64,000 nucleotides of DNA from Candidatus Saganbacteria bacterium (GTDB taxonomy: Bacteria; Margulisbacteria; WOR-1; O2-12-FULL-45-9; XYB2-FULL-48-7): assembly GCA_016939335.1 (NCBI GenBank), contig JAFGHC010000002.1, positions 2,147 through 66,146 of the forward strand, in the 5' to 3' direction. The translations under genes and the position numbers were made by a program. The notes below the pieces were generated by a model. It saw only the letters and a list, made by a program, of their open reading frames with translations. It had not been told where the DNA came from and ran no database searches. How positions within the stretch are numbered: position 1 is the first letter of the stretch; each line of letters opens with the position of its first letter. Below are positions 16,894 to 26,400 of this stretch, piece by piece.

Positions 16894-19443
16894 GTGGCGA
16901 ACTGGTACAGTTTAACCTCCCAGGCGGCGGCTGACCGTCTGGGGACCAATCTTGAGGCCGGCTTATCAGCGGCGGTCGTTGCGCAAAAAATGCGGCAAGA
17001 CGGCCCAAATTTGCTGCGCGGCAAGCCCGCCACCCCAGTTTACCGTCTTTTTTTTGAGCAATTTAAAGACACCATGATCCTGGTCCTGCTGGCGGCGGCG
17101 CTGGTGGCGGGCCTGATCGGCGAGGTCAAGGATAGCGTGATGATCATGGCGATCGTATTTTTCAACGCCGCCCTCGGTACCGTCCAGCAGGTGCGGGCGG
17201 CCCGGGCGATCGCGGCGCTGAAAAAATTGACCAGTCCGCAGGCCACGGTAGTCAGGGAAGGGAGGATTACCACGCTGGCCTCGGCCGAACTGGTCGCCGG
17301 CGACCTGATCCTGCTGGAAGCGGGCAACTATGTGCCGGCCGACATCAGACTGATCAAATGCGTGGCGCTGAAGATCGACGAGTCGGCCCTGACCGGCGAA
17401 TCGGTGCCGGTGGAAAAAAGCGAGGCGGTCCTGCCGGACGGTCCGCTGACGGTCGGCGACCGTTTTAATATGGCTTTTAGCGGCACGATCGTGACTTACG
17501 GGCGGGCCAGGGGGATCGTGGCCGCGACCGGCATGCGCAGCGAGATGGGGAAGATCGCCCGGTTGCTCGAGTCGGAAGAAGCAGAAGCAACCCCCCTGCA
17601 GCGGCGCTTTGCCGAGCTCGGTAAATGGCTGGCGGCAATTGCGCTGACCATCTGTTTCTTTGTCTTTCTCGCCGGAGTGCTCCGCGGCGAGAAAATCATC
17701 GAGATGTTCCTGACCGCGGTCTCGCTGGCGGTGGCGGCGATCCCCGAGGGCTTGCCGGCGGTGATCACGATCTCCCTGGCGCTGGGAGCTTACCGGATGG
17801 TCAGGCGCAAGGCGCTGGTCAGGCGGCTGCCGGCGGTGGAAACACTGGGGAGCACCACGGTCATCTGCACCGATAAGACCGGGACGCTGACGCAAAACAA
17901 AATGACGGTCCAGCGGGTGGTCCCGCTCCGGGAGAGCGTGCGTGGCTTGTTGCTCAAGGCCGGGGCGCTCTGCAACGACGCGACGGAAGAAAAGGGCGAC
18001 CCGACGGAACAGGCACTGCTGGCAGCGGCGGCGGCCGAAGGGTGGGAAAAGAAAGAGCTGGAAAACGAATTCCCCCGCCACGAGGAAATCCCTTTCGATT
18101 CGACCCGTAAAATGATGACGACGCTGCACCGCGCGGCGGACGGGCAATACCTGGTTTTTGCCAAAGGAGCGCTGGAGATCTTGCTGGAGAAAACCACGCT
18201 GCCGGCTGTCGAGCGCGCCGGCGTCCTGGCCGAGAGCCAGCGCTGCGAAGCCGAGGGACAGAGAATAATCGGGCTGGCCTGGCGGTCGTTTCCGCGCCGG
18301 CCGGCGGCGCTGGAAGAATCCGATCTTGAATATCTCGGTTTTGTCGCCTTGGCCGACCCGCCCCGGCCCGAAGCGGCGGCGGCGGTCGCCCGCTGCCGGC
18401 AGGCCGGGATCAGGCCGATCATGATCACCGGGGACCACCGGCTGACCGCGCTGGCCATTGCCCAGCAGGTGGGGATCGCCAGCGGAGAGGATGAGGTACT
18501 GACAGGTTTAGAGCTGGAGAACTTGACAGACGCGGAGTTGCAAGAGAAGGTGGCGCGGGTCAATGTTTTTGCACGGGTCTCCCCCGAGCACAAGTTGCGG
18601 ATCGTGGCGGCGCTCAAGCGCCGCGGCGAGATCGTGGCGATGACGGGCGACGGCGTCAATGACGCGCCGGCGCTCAAACAGGCCGATATCGGCGTGGCCA
18701 TGGGGGCGGGCGGCACCGACGTGGCGCGCGAGTCGGCCGACCTGGTCCTGACCGACGATAATTTTGCCACGATCGTGGCGGCGGTCGAGGAGGGGCGGGG
18801 CATTTACGCCAATATCAAAAAATTCATCCATTACATGCTCTCGACCAACTCGGGCGAGATCTTCACGATGTTCTTTGCGCTGCTCCTGCGGCTTCCCCTG
18901 CCGCTCCTGCCGGTCCAGATCCTCTGGGTCAACCTGGTGACCGACGGGCTGCCGGCGGTGGCGCTGGCCGCCGAACCGCTGGAGCCCGGCACGATGCGTC
19001 AGCCGCCGCGGCCGGCCGGGGAAAGCATTTTCGCGGGAGGGTTGCTCGGGAGCGTGATCGGGATCGGCAGCCTGATGGCGGCAGGAACACTCTGGCTTTT
19101 TTATCTCAATCTGAACTGGGGCGGCATTGACAAGGCGCGGACAGTGGCGTTCACCGCGCTCTCGCTCCTGCAGATGGCCCACGTGCTGAACTGCCGCTCG
19201 CTCGACCGCTCGGTCTTCCAGTTGGGGCTTTTCTCCAATTTCTATCTGGCGCTGGCGGTGCTGGCAACGATAGTTTTACAGGCGCTGGTGATTTACGTCC
19301 CGTTCCTGCAGTTCGCCTTCGGCACGGTGCCGCTGGATTTAATTGACTGGCTGCTGATCGGGGCGGTCGCTCTCACGCCGCTCATCGGCGTTGAAACGAG
19401 AAAACTGGCCGGCCGTCGGCCGGACCTTGCCGCCGGTAATTAG
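16894..19443 (+). CDS. P-type cation-transporting ATPase (type IIA, Ca2+/Mg2+-type)
   Basis: Phosphorylation motif ICTDKTGTLTQN, TGDGVNDAPALKQADIGVAMG hinge and KGAxE nucleotide site, ~10 TM helices. 849 aa. Confidence 0.9.
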   Translation: MANWYSLTSQAAADRLGTNLEAGLSAAVVAQKMRQDGPNLLRGKPATPVYRLFFEQFKDTMILVLLAAALVAGLIGEVKDSVMIMAIVFFNAALGTVQQVRAARAIAALKKLTSPQATVVREGRITTLASAELVAGDLILLEAGNYVPADIRLIKCVALKIDESALTGESVPVEKSEAVLPDGPLTVGDRFNMAFSGTIVTYGRARGIVAATGMRSEMGKIARLLESEEAEATPLQRRFAELGKWLAAIALTICFFVFLAGVLRGEKIIEMFLTAVSLAVAAIPEGLPAVITISLALGAYRMVRRKALVRRLPAVETLGSTTVICTDKTGTLTQNKMTVQRVVPLRESVRGLLLKAGALCNDATEEKGDPTEQALLAAAAAEGWEKKELENEFPRHEEIPFDSTRKMMTTLHRAADGQYLVFAKGALEILLEKTTLPAVERAGVLAESQRCEAEGQRIIGLAWRSFPRRPAALEESDLEYLGFVALADPPRPEAAAAVARCRQAGIRPIMITGDHRLTALAIAQQVGIASGEDEVLTGLELENLTDAELQEKVARVNVFARVSPEHKLRIVAALKRRGEIVAMTGDGVNDAPALKQADIGVAMGAGGTDVARESADLVLTDDNFATIVAAVEEGRGIYANIKKFIHYMLSTNSGEIFTMFFALLLRLPLPLLPVQILWVNLVTDGLPAVALAAEPLEPGTMRQPPRPAGESIFAGGLLGSVIGIGSLMAAGTLWLFYLNLNWGGIDKARTVAFTALSLLQMAHVLNCRSLDRSVFQLGLFSNFYLALAVLATIVLQALVIYVPFLQFAFGTVPLDLIDWLLIGAVALTPLIGVETRKLAGRRPDLAAGN

Positions 19444-20295
19444 CTCGAGCACTCTTTCCAGATCTTCCTTGGAATAATATTCGATCTCGATCCGGCCGCG
19501 CTCCGGCGAGCCGAGGATCTTGACCCTGGTCGCCAGATGCTCGGTCAGCTGCTCGATCAGCGCGTTCAGCTCGGCGTTCTGGGTGTAGGCGCGCTTGCGC
19601 CCGCCCTTTTTGGCCCTGGCCTTTTCGTCTTTGCCGGAGACCAGCACTTCGGCGTCGCGCGCGCTCAATTTCCCTTTGACGATCTCGCGCCAGAAGTGGA
19701 GCTGCTTTTCGGCGTCGTCGAGCGACAGCAGGGGCCGGGCGTGGCCGACGGTGATCTCTTCCTTGCGCAAACTGTCCTTGATCTGCTTGGGCAGCGCCAG
19801 CAGGCGGACCATGTTGGCGACGGTCGAACGGTCCTTGCCGACCCGCTTGGCGACCGCGTCCTGGGTCAGGCCGAATTCGGAGGTCAGCCGGGCGTAACCT
19901 TCGGCTTCGTCCATCGGGTTGAGGTCTTCGCGCTGCAGGTTCTCGATCAGTGAAAGCTCCAGCGACTGCTCGTCGCTGAAGTCCTTGACGATGGTGGGGA
20001 TGGCGGCGAGGCCGGCCATTTTGGCGGCGCGCAGACGGCGTTCGCCGGCCACCAGTTCGTACTTGCCGTTGCGCATCCGGGCCAGGATCGGCTCGATCAC
20101 GCCCTGGGCCTTGATCGATTCGCAGAGGTCATGCAGCGATTCTTTGGAGAACCGGGTGCGCGGCTGGCGCGGATTGGGGACCACGTTGCTGATGTCGACG
20201 TTGACGATCGTCCGGCCGCCGGTGAAGACCGAGCCCTGCGGGATCAGCGCCCCGAGTCCCTTTCCCAAACCACGCTTGCTGGCATTAGTAGGCAT
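19339..20295 (-). CDS. parB: Chromosome partitioning protein ParB/Spo0J
   Basis: RGLGKGLGALIPQGS N-terminus, ParB box IEPILARMRNGKYELVAGERRLRAAKMAGL, HTH, and C-terminal GRIEIEYYSKEDLERVLELI. Start chosen at MPTNASKRGLG. The C-terminal tail overlaps the convergent ATPase by ~105 bp. Confidence 0.8.
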   Translation of the reverse strand: MPTNASKRGLGKGLGALIPQGSVFTGGRTIVNVDISNVVPNPRQPRTRFSKESLHDLCESIKAQGVIEPILARMRNGKYELVAGERRLRAAKMAGLAAIPTIVKDFSDEQSLELSLIENLQREDLNPMDEAEGYARLTSEFGLTQDAVAKRVGKDRSTVANMVRLLALPKQIKDSLRKEEITVGHARPLLSLDDAEKQLHFWREIVKGKLSARDAEVLVSGKDEKARAKKGGRKRAYTQNAELNALIEQLTEHLATRVKILGSPERGRIEIEYYSKEDLERVLELITGGKVRPTAGQFSRFNADERRESDRPDQQPVN

Positions 20296-21049
20296 CGTCC
20301 AACACCTCCCGACAAAGATTTTCATAGGCTTCCGCCCCTTTGCTGCCCGGATCATAAAAGAGGATCGGCTGGCCGAAGCTGGGCGCTTCCGCCAGGCGGA
20401 CGTTGCGCGGGATGACGGTCTTGAAGACCTTGTTGCCGAAATATTTGCGCGCCTCCTCGGCGACCTGGGACGAAAGGAGGGTGCGCGGGTCGAACATCGT
20501 CAGGACGATGCCGCGGATCTTGAGCGCCGGGTTTAAACTTTCCCGCACCAGCTCCAGCGTGTGGGTCAGCTGGCTGATCCCCTCGAGCGCGTAGTACTCG
20601 CACTGGATCGGGATGATGACCTCATCGGCGGCGGTCAGGGCGTTGACGGTCAGCAGCGAGAGCGAGGGCGGGCAGTCGATCACCACGAGGTCGTAGTCGG
20701 CCTTGATCTGGGTGAGCGCTTCTTTCAGCCGGGTCTCGCGCGGCTCGAGCGAAACCAGTTCGACCTCGGCGCCGGCCAGGCGCGGCGTCGAAGGGAGGAC
20801 GTCGAGATGAGAAATGTTGCTTTTGATGATCGCGTCGCGGCTGGGGAGGCCGTCGATCAAAATACTGTAAAGACACTCCTTGATCTCTGCCCGGTCGACC
20901 CCCAGGCCGACGCTGGCATTGCTTTGGGGGTCGATGTCGATCAGCAGCACCTTTTTCCCGAAGGTCGCGAGGTAGGCCGCGAGGTTGACTGTGGTGGTGG
21001 TTTTACCGACTCCGCCTTTTTGGTTGACGACCGCGTAAGTGGTAGCCAT
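20285..21049 (-). CDS. parA: Chromosome partitioning ATPase ParA/Soj
   Basis: Deviant Walker A: AVVNQKGGVGKTTTTVNLAAYLA. Confidence 0.9.
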   Translation of the reverse strand: MATTYAVVNQKGGVGKTTTTVNLAAYLATFGKKVLLIDIDPQSNASVGLGVDRAEIKECLYSILIDGLPSRDAIIKSNISHLDVLPSTPRLAGAEVELVSLEPRETRLKEALTQIKADYDLVVIDCPPSLSLLTVNALTAADEVIIPIQCEYYALEGISQLTHTLELVRESLNPALKIRGIVLTMFDPRTLLSSQVAEEARKYFGNKVFKTVIPRNVRLAEAPSFGQPILFYDPGSKGAEAYENLCREVLDDAY

Positions 21050-21064
21050 GACCTGAATATTATA

Positions 21065-21700
21065 TCATAAAGGGCGTTTCTTGGCTATGCCGGCGGGGCG
21101 AGGATAGCCGGGCGGGGTGGAGGCGAGCTTGTCAATGATGACCAGCGAGCGCCGGGGGAATGTCCTGATCTCGCGCCGCCGGCCGCCGAGCAGCTTGAGC
21201 GCCCGTTCCGCCGCCGCCGCTTCAGCTTCGACCGCCACCTGTTTATAGGCGGCAAAAACGCCGCCGGGCCGGACCAGCGGCAGGCAGTATTCACAGAGAG
21301 CGTTGAGCGGCGCGACCGCCCGCGCGACCGCCAGATCGAACTCTTCCCGATGCTTTCGGGCGTATTCTTCGGCCCGCGCCCAGACCGCGGTACAGCCGTG
21401 CAGATCAAGGGATTTTATGATGTGGTCAAGAAAAGCGACCTTCTTTTTAGTCGCCTCGACCAGCGTCAGCTTGATCCCGGGGCAGGCGATCTTGAGCGGC
21501 AGGCCGGGAAAACCGGCCCCGGCGCCGACATCGACCACTGCCTGATCGTTCAGTTCAAGGACATCGAGGAGAAGCAGCGAATCGGCAAAATGTTTCTGGC
21601 GGATGGCGGCGGGGTCGGTGATCGAAGTCAGGTTGAATTTTTTGTTCCAGGCAATTAATTCTTCAAGATATTTTTCGAATAAAATTCCTTCATTAGTCAT
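21065..21700 (-). CDS. rsmG: 16S rRNA (guanine527-N7)-methyltransferase
   Basis: GidB family: EKYLEELIAWNKKFNLTSITDP...VVDVGAGAGFPGLPLKIACPGIKLTLVEATKKKVAFL. Confidence 0.9.
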   Translation of the reverse strand: MTNEGILFEKYLEELIAWNKKFNLTSITDPAAIRQKHFADSLLLLDVLELNDQAVVDVGAGAGFPGLPLKIACPGIKLTLVEATKKKVAFLDHIIKSLDLHGCTAVWARAEEYARKHREEFDLAVARAVAPLNALCEYCLPLVRPGGVFAAYKQVAVEAEAAAAERALKLLGGRRREIRTFPRRSLVIIDKLASTPPGYPRPAGIAKKRPL

Positions 21701-21724
21701 TAGGAATTAGTCATTCGTCATTTT

Positions 21725-23434
21725 TTAGAAGGCTTGCCCGATGCTGAAGTGCATCAGGCCTTCGCTGAAGGTCTTGCCCATCTGCACGCCGTAGTCAAGG
21801 CGGATCGGCCCCATCGGCGTGTTGATGCGGACGCCCGGCCCCCAGCCGGAAATGAACTGGCCGGGATCGGGGGCGCCGGCGTTCCAGGCGTTGCCCCAGT
21901 CATAAAAGAAGACCACCTGGAACATATCGGTGAAGTTGAGGCGGTATTCGAGGTTGAAGATGAACTTGCGCCGGCCGGTGCGCGCGTCAGTCGGGTAATA
22001 GCCGCGCACTGTGTTGGGGCCGCCGGCCCAGTAGAGATCGCCGACCGGTATGTCGCCGAGGCCGACCCCGGCACCGGCGTGGGCTGCCAGCACCTGGTTG
22101 TCGGCCACCGGGTAAAAGTGGTTAAGGTCCCAGTCAACCTTGGAGAAGGAGGTGGTGATATTGCTTGTCTTGAAGCCCTGCTTGAAATTGACCGTGTAAT
22201 AGCGCCCTTCCTTCGGGTTGAGCCAGAAATCACGGGTGTCGTAAGCCAGACCGACGCCGATCGTATCCGAGCGGTAGGCGTCGAAAACCGAACTGCCGTA
22301 AGGGGAGACGTTCTCGCTGCCGAACGTCCAGTTGATGCGATAGTTGTCTTTCAGCGGCTTGCCGATCGAGACGTCAAAGCCGTTGTAGGTCCCGTCCTGC
22401 GTGGTGAGCAGGAGATCGCGGCCGATGGTCAGCCAGCGGCGGAAAGTGAACGAGGTCCGGTCGCCGAACTTTTCCGGCAAGAACCAGGGATTGGTATAGC
22501 GGAACTGGTAGGTGGAAAACTGCTGCCCGGCCTGGCCGCGGACCAGCAGGCCCTGCGCCGTCCCCATCAAATTATTGATCGAGAGGTCGACGAACCCGAA
22601 CCAGCCCTCGCGCTCGCCGTAGCCGCCGCCGAAATTGACGGTGCTGGAGCGAGTTTCCTTGATCTTGAGCTGGAGCACGACCGTTTCCTTGGAACTGCCG
22701 CTCTCAAAGTTCGGCGTGACTTCCGAGAAGAAGCCGAGGTTGAAGATGCGGCGCAGGTCTTTTTTCAGGACATTCTCATTGAGGACGGAACCGGGCGTGG
22801 TGTTCATTTCGCGCAGAATGACGTAGTCCTTGGTATTGTCGTTGCCGTCGAGCACGATCGATTCGACCCGCCCTTCGGCGATCAGGAAGCGGAGCGCGTG
22901 GCTTTGCTTGTCGGTCTCGACGTCGACCACCCGGGCCAGCAGATAGCCGTCCTGCTTGTAGCGGGCATTGATCTTTTCGATGTCGTCCTGCATTTTCTTG
23001 AAATTGAGCACGTCGCCCTTTTTCGCCTCCAGGGAAGCGATCAGATCCTGAGTGGAATAGACCGTATTGCCTTCGAATCTGATCTCCTCGATCCTCGGGT
23101 TTTCCACCAGGTTGAAAACGACTTTCGTCCCTTTGTTGTAGGCTTCGAACGAAGGGAAAACATCGGCGAAATAGCCGAGGGCGTAAATGGCTTTCTGATC
23201 CTCTTTGATCTTGCTTTCGGACAGGGCGTCACCGACGCGCGCGAAGACCGCGCTCATGATCTCCTTGACCGGCACGGTTTGATTGCCGCGGACCTCAACA
23301 GCGGTAATGGTGGAGGCCAGTTCGGCGGAAGCGGTGGCGGCTCCGGCGGGCGCGCCGAACAGAAGCAGTGCCAGCGCGCACACGAGCGTTAAGAAAGCGA
23401 AACGGAATTTTTTCATTTCAATCCTTTCTACCAA
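21725..23434 (-). CDS. Omp85-family outer-membrane protein insertase (BamA/TamA-like, ~3 POTRA + 16-strand barrel)
   Basis: Signal peptide, POTRA-like repeats (VEVRGNQTVPVKEIMSAVFARVGDAL...), a C-terminal surface-antigen barrel and a terminal aromatic residue (...GQAF). 569 aa. Overlaps the TamB-like gene by 7 bp. Confidence 0.8.
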   Translation of the reverse strand: MVERIEMKKFRFAFLTLVCALALLLFGAPAGAATASAELASTITAVEVRGNQTVPVKEIMSAVFARVGDALSESKIKEDQKAIYALGYFADVFPSFEAYNKGTKVVFNLVENPRIEEIRFEGNTVYSTQDLIASLEAKKGDVLNFKKMQDDIEKINARYKQDGYLLARVVDVETDKQSHALRFLIAEGRVESIVLDGNDNTKDYVILREMNTTPGSVLNENVLKKDLRRIFNLGFFSEVTPNFESGSSKETVVLQLKIKETRSSTVNFGGGYGEREGWFGFVDLSINNLMGTAQGLLVRGQAGQQFSTYQFRYTNPWFLPEKFGDRTSFTFRRWLTIGRDLLLTTQDGTYNGFDVSIGKPLKDNYRINWTFGSENVSPYGSSVFDAYRSDTIGVGLAYDTRDFWLNPKEGRYYTVNFKQGFKTSNITTSFSKVDWDLNHFYPVADNQVLAAHAGAGVGLGDIPVGDLYWAGGPNTVRGYYPTDARTGRRKFIFNLEYRLNFTDMFQVVFFYDWGNAWNAGAPDPGQFISGWGPGVRINTPMGPIRLDYGVQMGKTFSEGLMHFSIGQAF

Positions 23435-26400
23435 AAAGAAAAACCGGCCGACAGGGTGACCTTTTGGTCACCGGAAGGCTGCGAGACCATGACCGGCTCG
23501 CTGTAGTATATTATAGACCAAATCGGCGTTAATTTATAGGTGAGCTGGTAATTGAAATAGGTCTGGCCGGAGGTGGTCGTGGCCGTCTGATCGGCGCCCT
23601 GCGCGTAGCGCACGTCAAGATAAAGACGGTCGAAAAAACCTTTGACAAAGCCGACGCTCCAGGCCGGCTTTTGCTGTTCAAAACCTTTGATGTCTCGGAC
23701 GCCGAGCGCTTCGCCGATCTGGGGGCCGAAATTGTACTCAAGGGTCAGGCTCTCAAGGTCAAGACGCTGTTCGGCCTCGCGTTCCAAGCTGCGGAAGAGC
23801 AGGCTCTGCACCCGGCTGTTCAAGTAATCGGCCACCACGGCATTGGTGTCGACCTGTTGCTCGCCCCCCTGAGCCTGGTTGATGCCGGTCAGCGACTTGA
23901 TGAAGTCAGGCAGGAGCATGACTTTCAGGTCCTGCTCGCTATAAGCGGCGGGGACCATGGCCGGCGGCGATTTACTTTTGTCCTCGGTGTAGCCGCTCAG
24001 GCTGATCTTCAGGCTGCGCTCTTCTTCTTTGGCCCCCATGACCCCCTTAAGATAAGCCATGATACTGACCTTCTTTTTGACGTAAACGCCCGAAGCGTCT
24101 TTTTCCTGGTCGTCAACATCGACGACCGCGGTCAGGTCAAGCGCCGGCTGCACCCCCTCGCCGTTGAAATTAACGGTGTTCTGGGGAAGGCTGCCCACGC
24201 CATAGCTGTTGAATTTTTTCTGGAGCTCCGGGGTCAGCAGGGAGAATTCCCGGTTGAAGATGTTGATCGTGCCGCGCTTGATGGTGATGCGGCCGAGCAG
24301 GTCGGGGCCGGCCAGCGGCCCGGTAATGGCCAGCCGGCCGCCGACTTCCAGGTTCATCAGGATATTGCTTAAATTGAGCGTGGCGACGTCGCCCATGACG
24401 GCATAAGCGTTCCGGGCCAGGTTGACGTCAAGATTCAGGCGGAGCGGGTAAAGCTGTCCGCCGCCTCCGCTCGACGGGAGAGTGATGACCGCATTGCTGA
24501 CTTCCACGGAGCCTGAAAGGAGCGGGCCGGCGCTGCCGTCGAAAAAGACCGGTCCCCGCAGCGCCAGCGACTTGAGGTCGAGCGTGCCGATAAAGAGGTT
24601 AGGGAACGCGGCATAGAGACGCGTCGGGGAAAATGAGAGATTAAGGTCAAGCGCACCCTTTTGCTTGAGCGCCCGGCGGAGATCAAGCACGCCGGCCAGA
24701 CCGACCGGATTCCGGATCTCGTTGGTCCGCTTGCCGGTCCAGGTGCCGGTCAGCCCCGGGACCGTCATGACGCCCCCCTCAACGCTTGCGCCTCCTGTCA
24801 GGTCGCGCAGCTCTGAATCGAGGGAAGTAAGCGTCAGCCGGCCGCCGGCCAGTGTCAAGTTGCCATTGATCTCCGGCTCGTCGAGCGTGCCAGAGACGCG
24901 GACGAAAAGATCGGCGCGGCCTCCCCGCCAGGCCACCTGGTCGGTCAGCAAGTTGAACAAGCCAAGAGCATCGTTCTTAAACCGGACTTCCAGGTTAAGG
25001 CGGCCGGGATGAGCCAGCACAACCTCGCCGGAAGCGCTGGACAGTTCTCCTCCCTGTTTCAGCGCCAGCTTTTTCAGGGAAACAAGCGGGCCTTTCTTGG
25101 CGGCCGAGAGTGAAACTTCATTGTAGCTGATCCCGCCCAGAGAAAGGTTTTTGCCGCCGGCGTCAAGGAGCAGGCTGAGATTTTGCCAGGGGCCGGAGAG
25201 TGAAGCGTTGAGGTCGATCTTCCCCTTGAATTGCTTGTGCGGGAAGGCGATCGCCAAAATATCAAGCGGCAGGCTGCGGCCGGCCAGGCCCAACGAGAGC
25301 ACGCCATCAAACCCGCAGCTGCCGCGGGCGGCGAGCGTCCCGTTCCCCTTGGCCAGCAGCGCTTTCTCGATCTTAAAGCTCTGCTCTTTTAAAGTGGCGG
25401 CCGCGTCGAACGAGTCGAAACTGAACTCGCGGAAATAACCGTGATCAAGACGGCCGCTGAAGCGGCCCGTGAGCGCGTTGAGCGGGCCGGTCAGCGTCGC
25501 TTCCGCCGTCAGGCGCCCGCCCAGGTTCTCTTCGGGGGCGGCGGCGGCGGCCTTTTCGGACAGCTGCCAGGCTTGCCGCCAGGCGGCCAGGAAGTAAGGC
25601 TTGTTGCCTTCGCCGGCGTAAAGGCGAAGCTTGCCGTTGCGGCTGAAACGCTCCTTGCGCGGCAGCTTGAAAACGGAGAGGTCAAGCGAAGTCAGCGGCT
25701 TATTCCGTTCCACCGTTGGCCGGCGCCGGGCGATCTCGCCCTGGATCTTGGCCGCCATCCTGTAGGCGGAAGCCAGCTCGGCCCGGAGAACCCGGCAGTT
25801 CAGGTCGAGGACGCCGGCTTCCGGAGTCTGCCGGTCAAGGGCCAGGCTGCCGGCGAGAGAATAAACGTCCGTGCCGTTGGTTATAGTTATCGGGCGGGTG
25901 GTCGCAAGGCGGTCAGCGCTGTAAGTCAGGCTGCCGGTGATGTTGTCAAAATAGAGATCGTCGAAAACGAAATTGTCGAGCCGGAAAGCGACCGCTGCTT
26001 GCGGCGCGGCCAGCGAGCCGTTGAAATTAAGCCGGAGGGCGGCCCAGCCGCCAATCTTGGCGTAATGCGCGGTCAGGTTCTGGTACTGGTTGAGGTGCGC
26101 TTCGCCTTCCAGCGAACCGGAGAGGCTGCCGTCCTGCCGGTAAGAGAGGGCCAGTGCCAAACGGGAAGCGGGGGTAACGATCCGGCAGTCGGTCAACTCG
26201 AGCGAACGGTCCTGCCAGTCGAATTTCAGCAGCGCGCTGGTCAGCGGCGTTCCGGCGATCGTTCCGTTCTGCAGCGCGGCCCTCCCCCTGACGGTCAGGT
26301 CGAGAAGAGGGTCGAAGGAGACCAGCTGCGTTTCCTTGGACAGCTCACCGCTCACCTCGACCTCGAACGAAGCGGTGCCGCTTGCCTCCCTGACTTCCGG

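Noticed and set aside
16966-18803. Long minus-strand ORFs (490 aa and 337 aa) antisense to the P-type ATPase
   Set aside because: Arg/Pro/Gly-rich low-complexity translations typical of spurious frames in GC-rich DNA. The sense frame has unambiguous P-type ATPase motifs.
19339-21700. rsmG-parA-parB block considered as a marker of the replication origin within the window
   Set aside because: No dnaA gene or DnaA-box cluster (TTATCCACA-like repeats) was found nearby. The far side is a P-type ATPase. The origin, if adjacent in this lineage, is not supported by sequence evidence here.
21734-23392. 552-aa plus-strand ORF antisense to the Omp85 gene
   Set aside because: Antisense shadow ORF with a biased Arg/Ala/Gly/Asp composition and no motifs. 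The Omp85 frame is clearly genuine.
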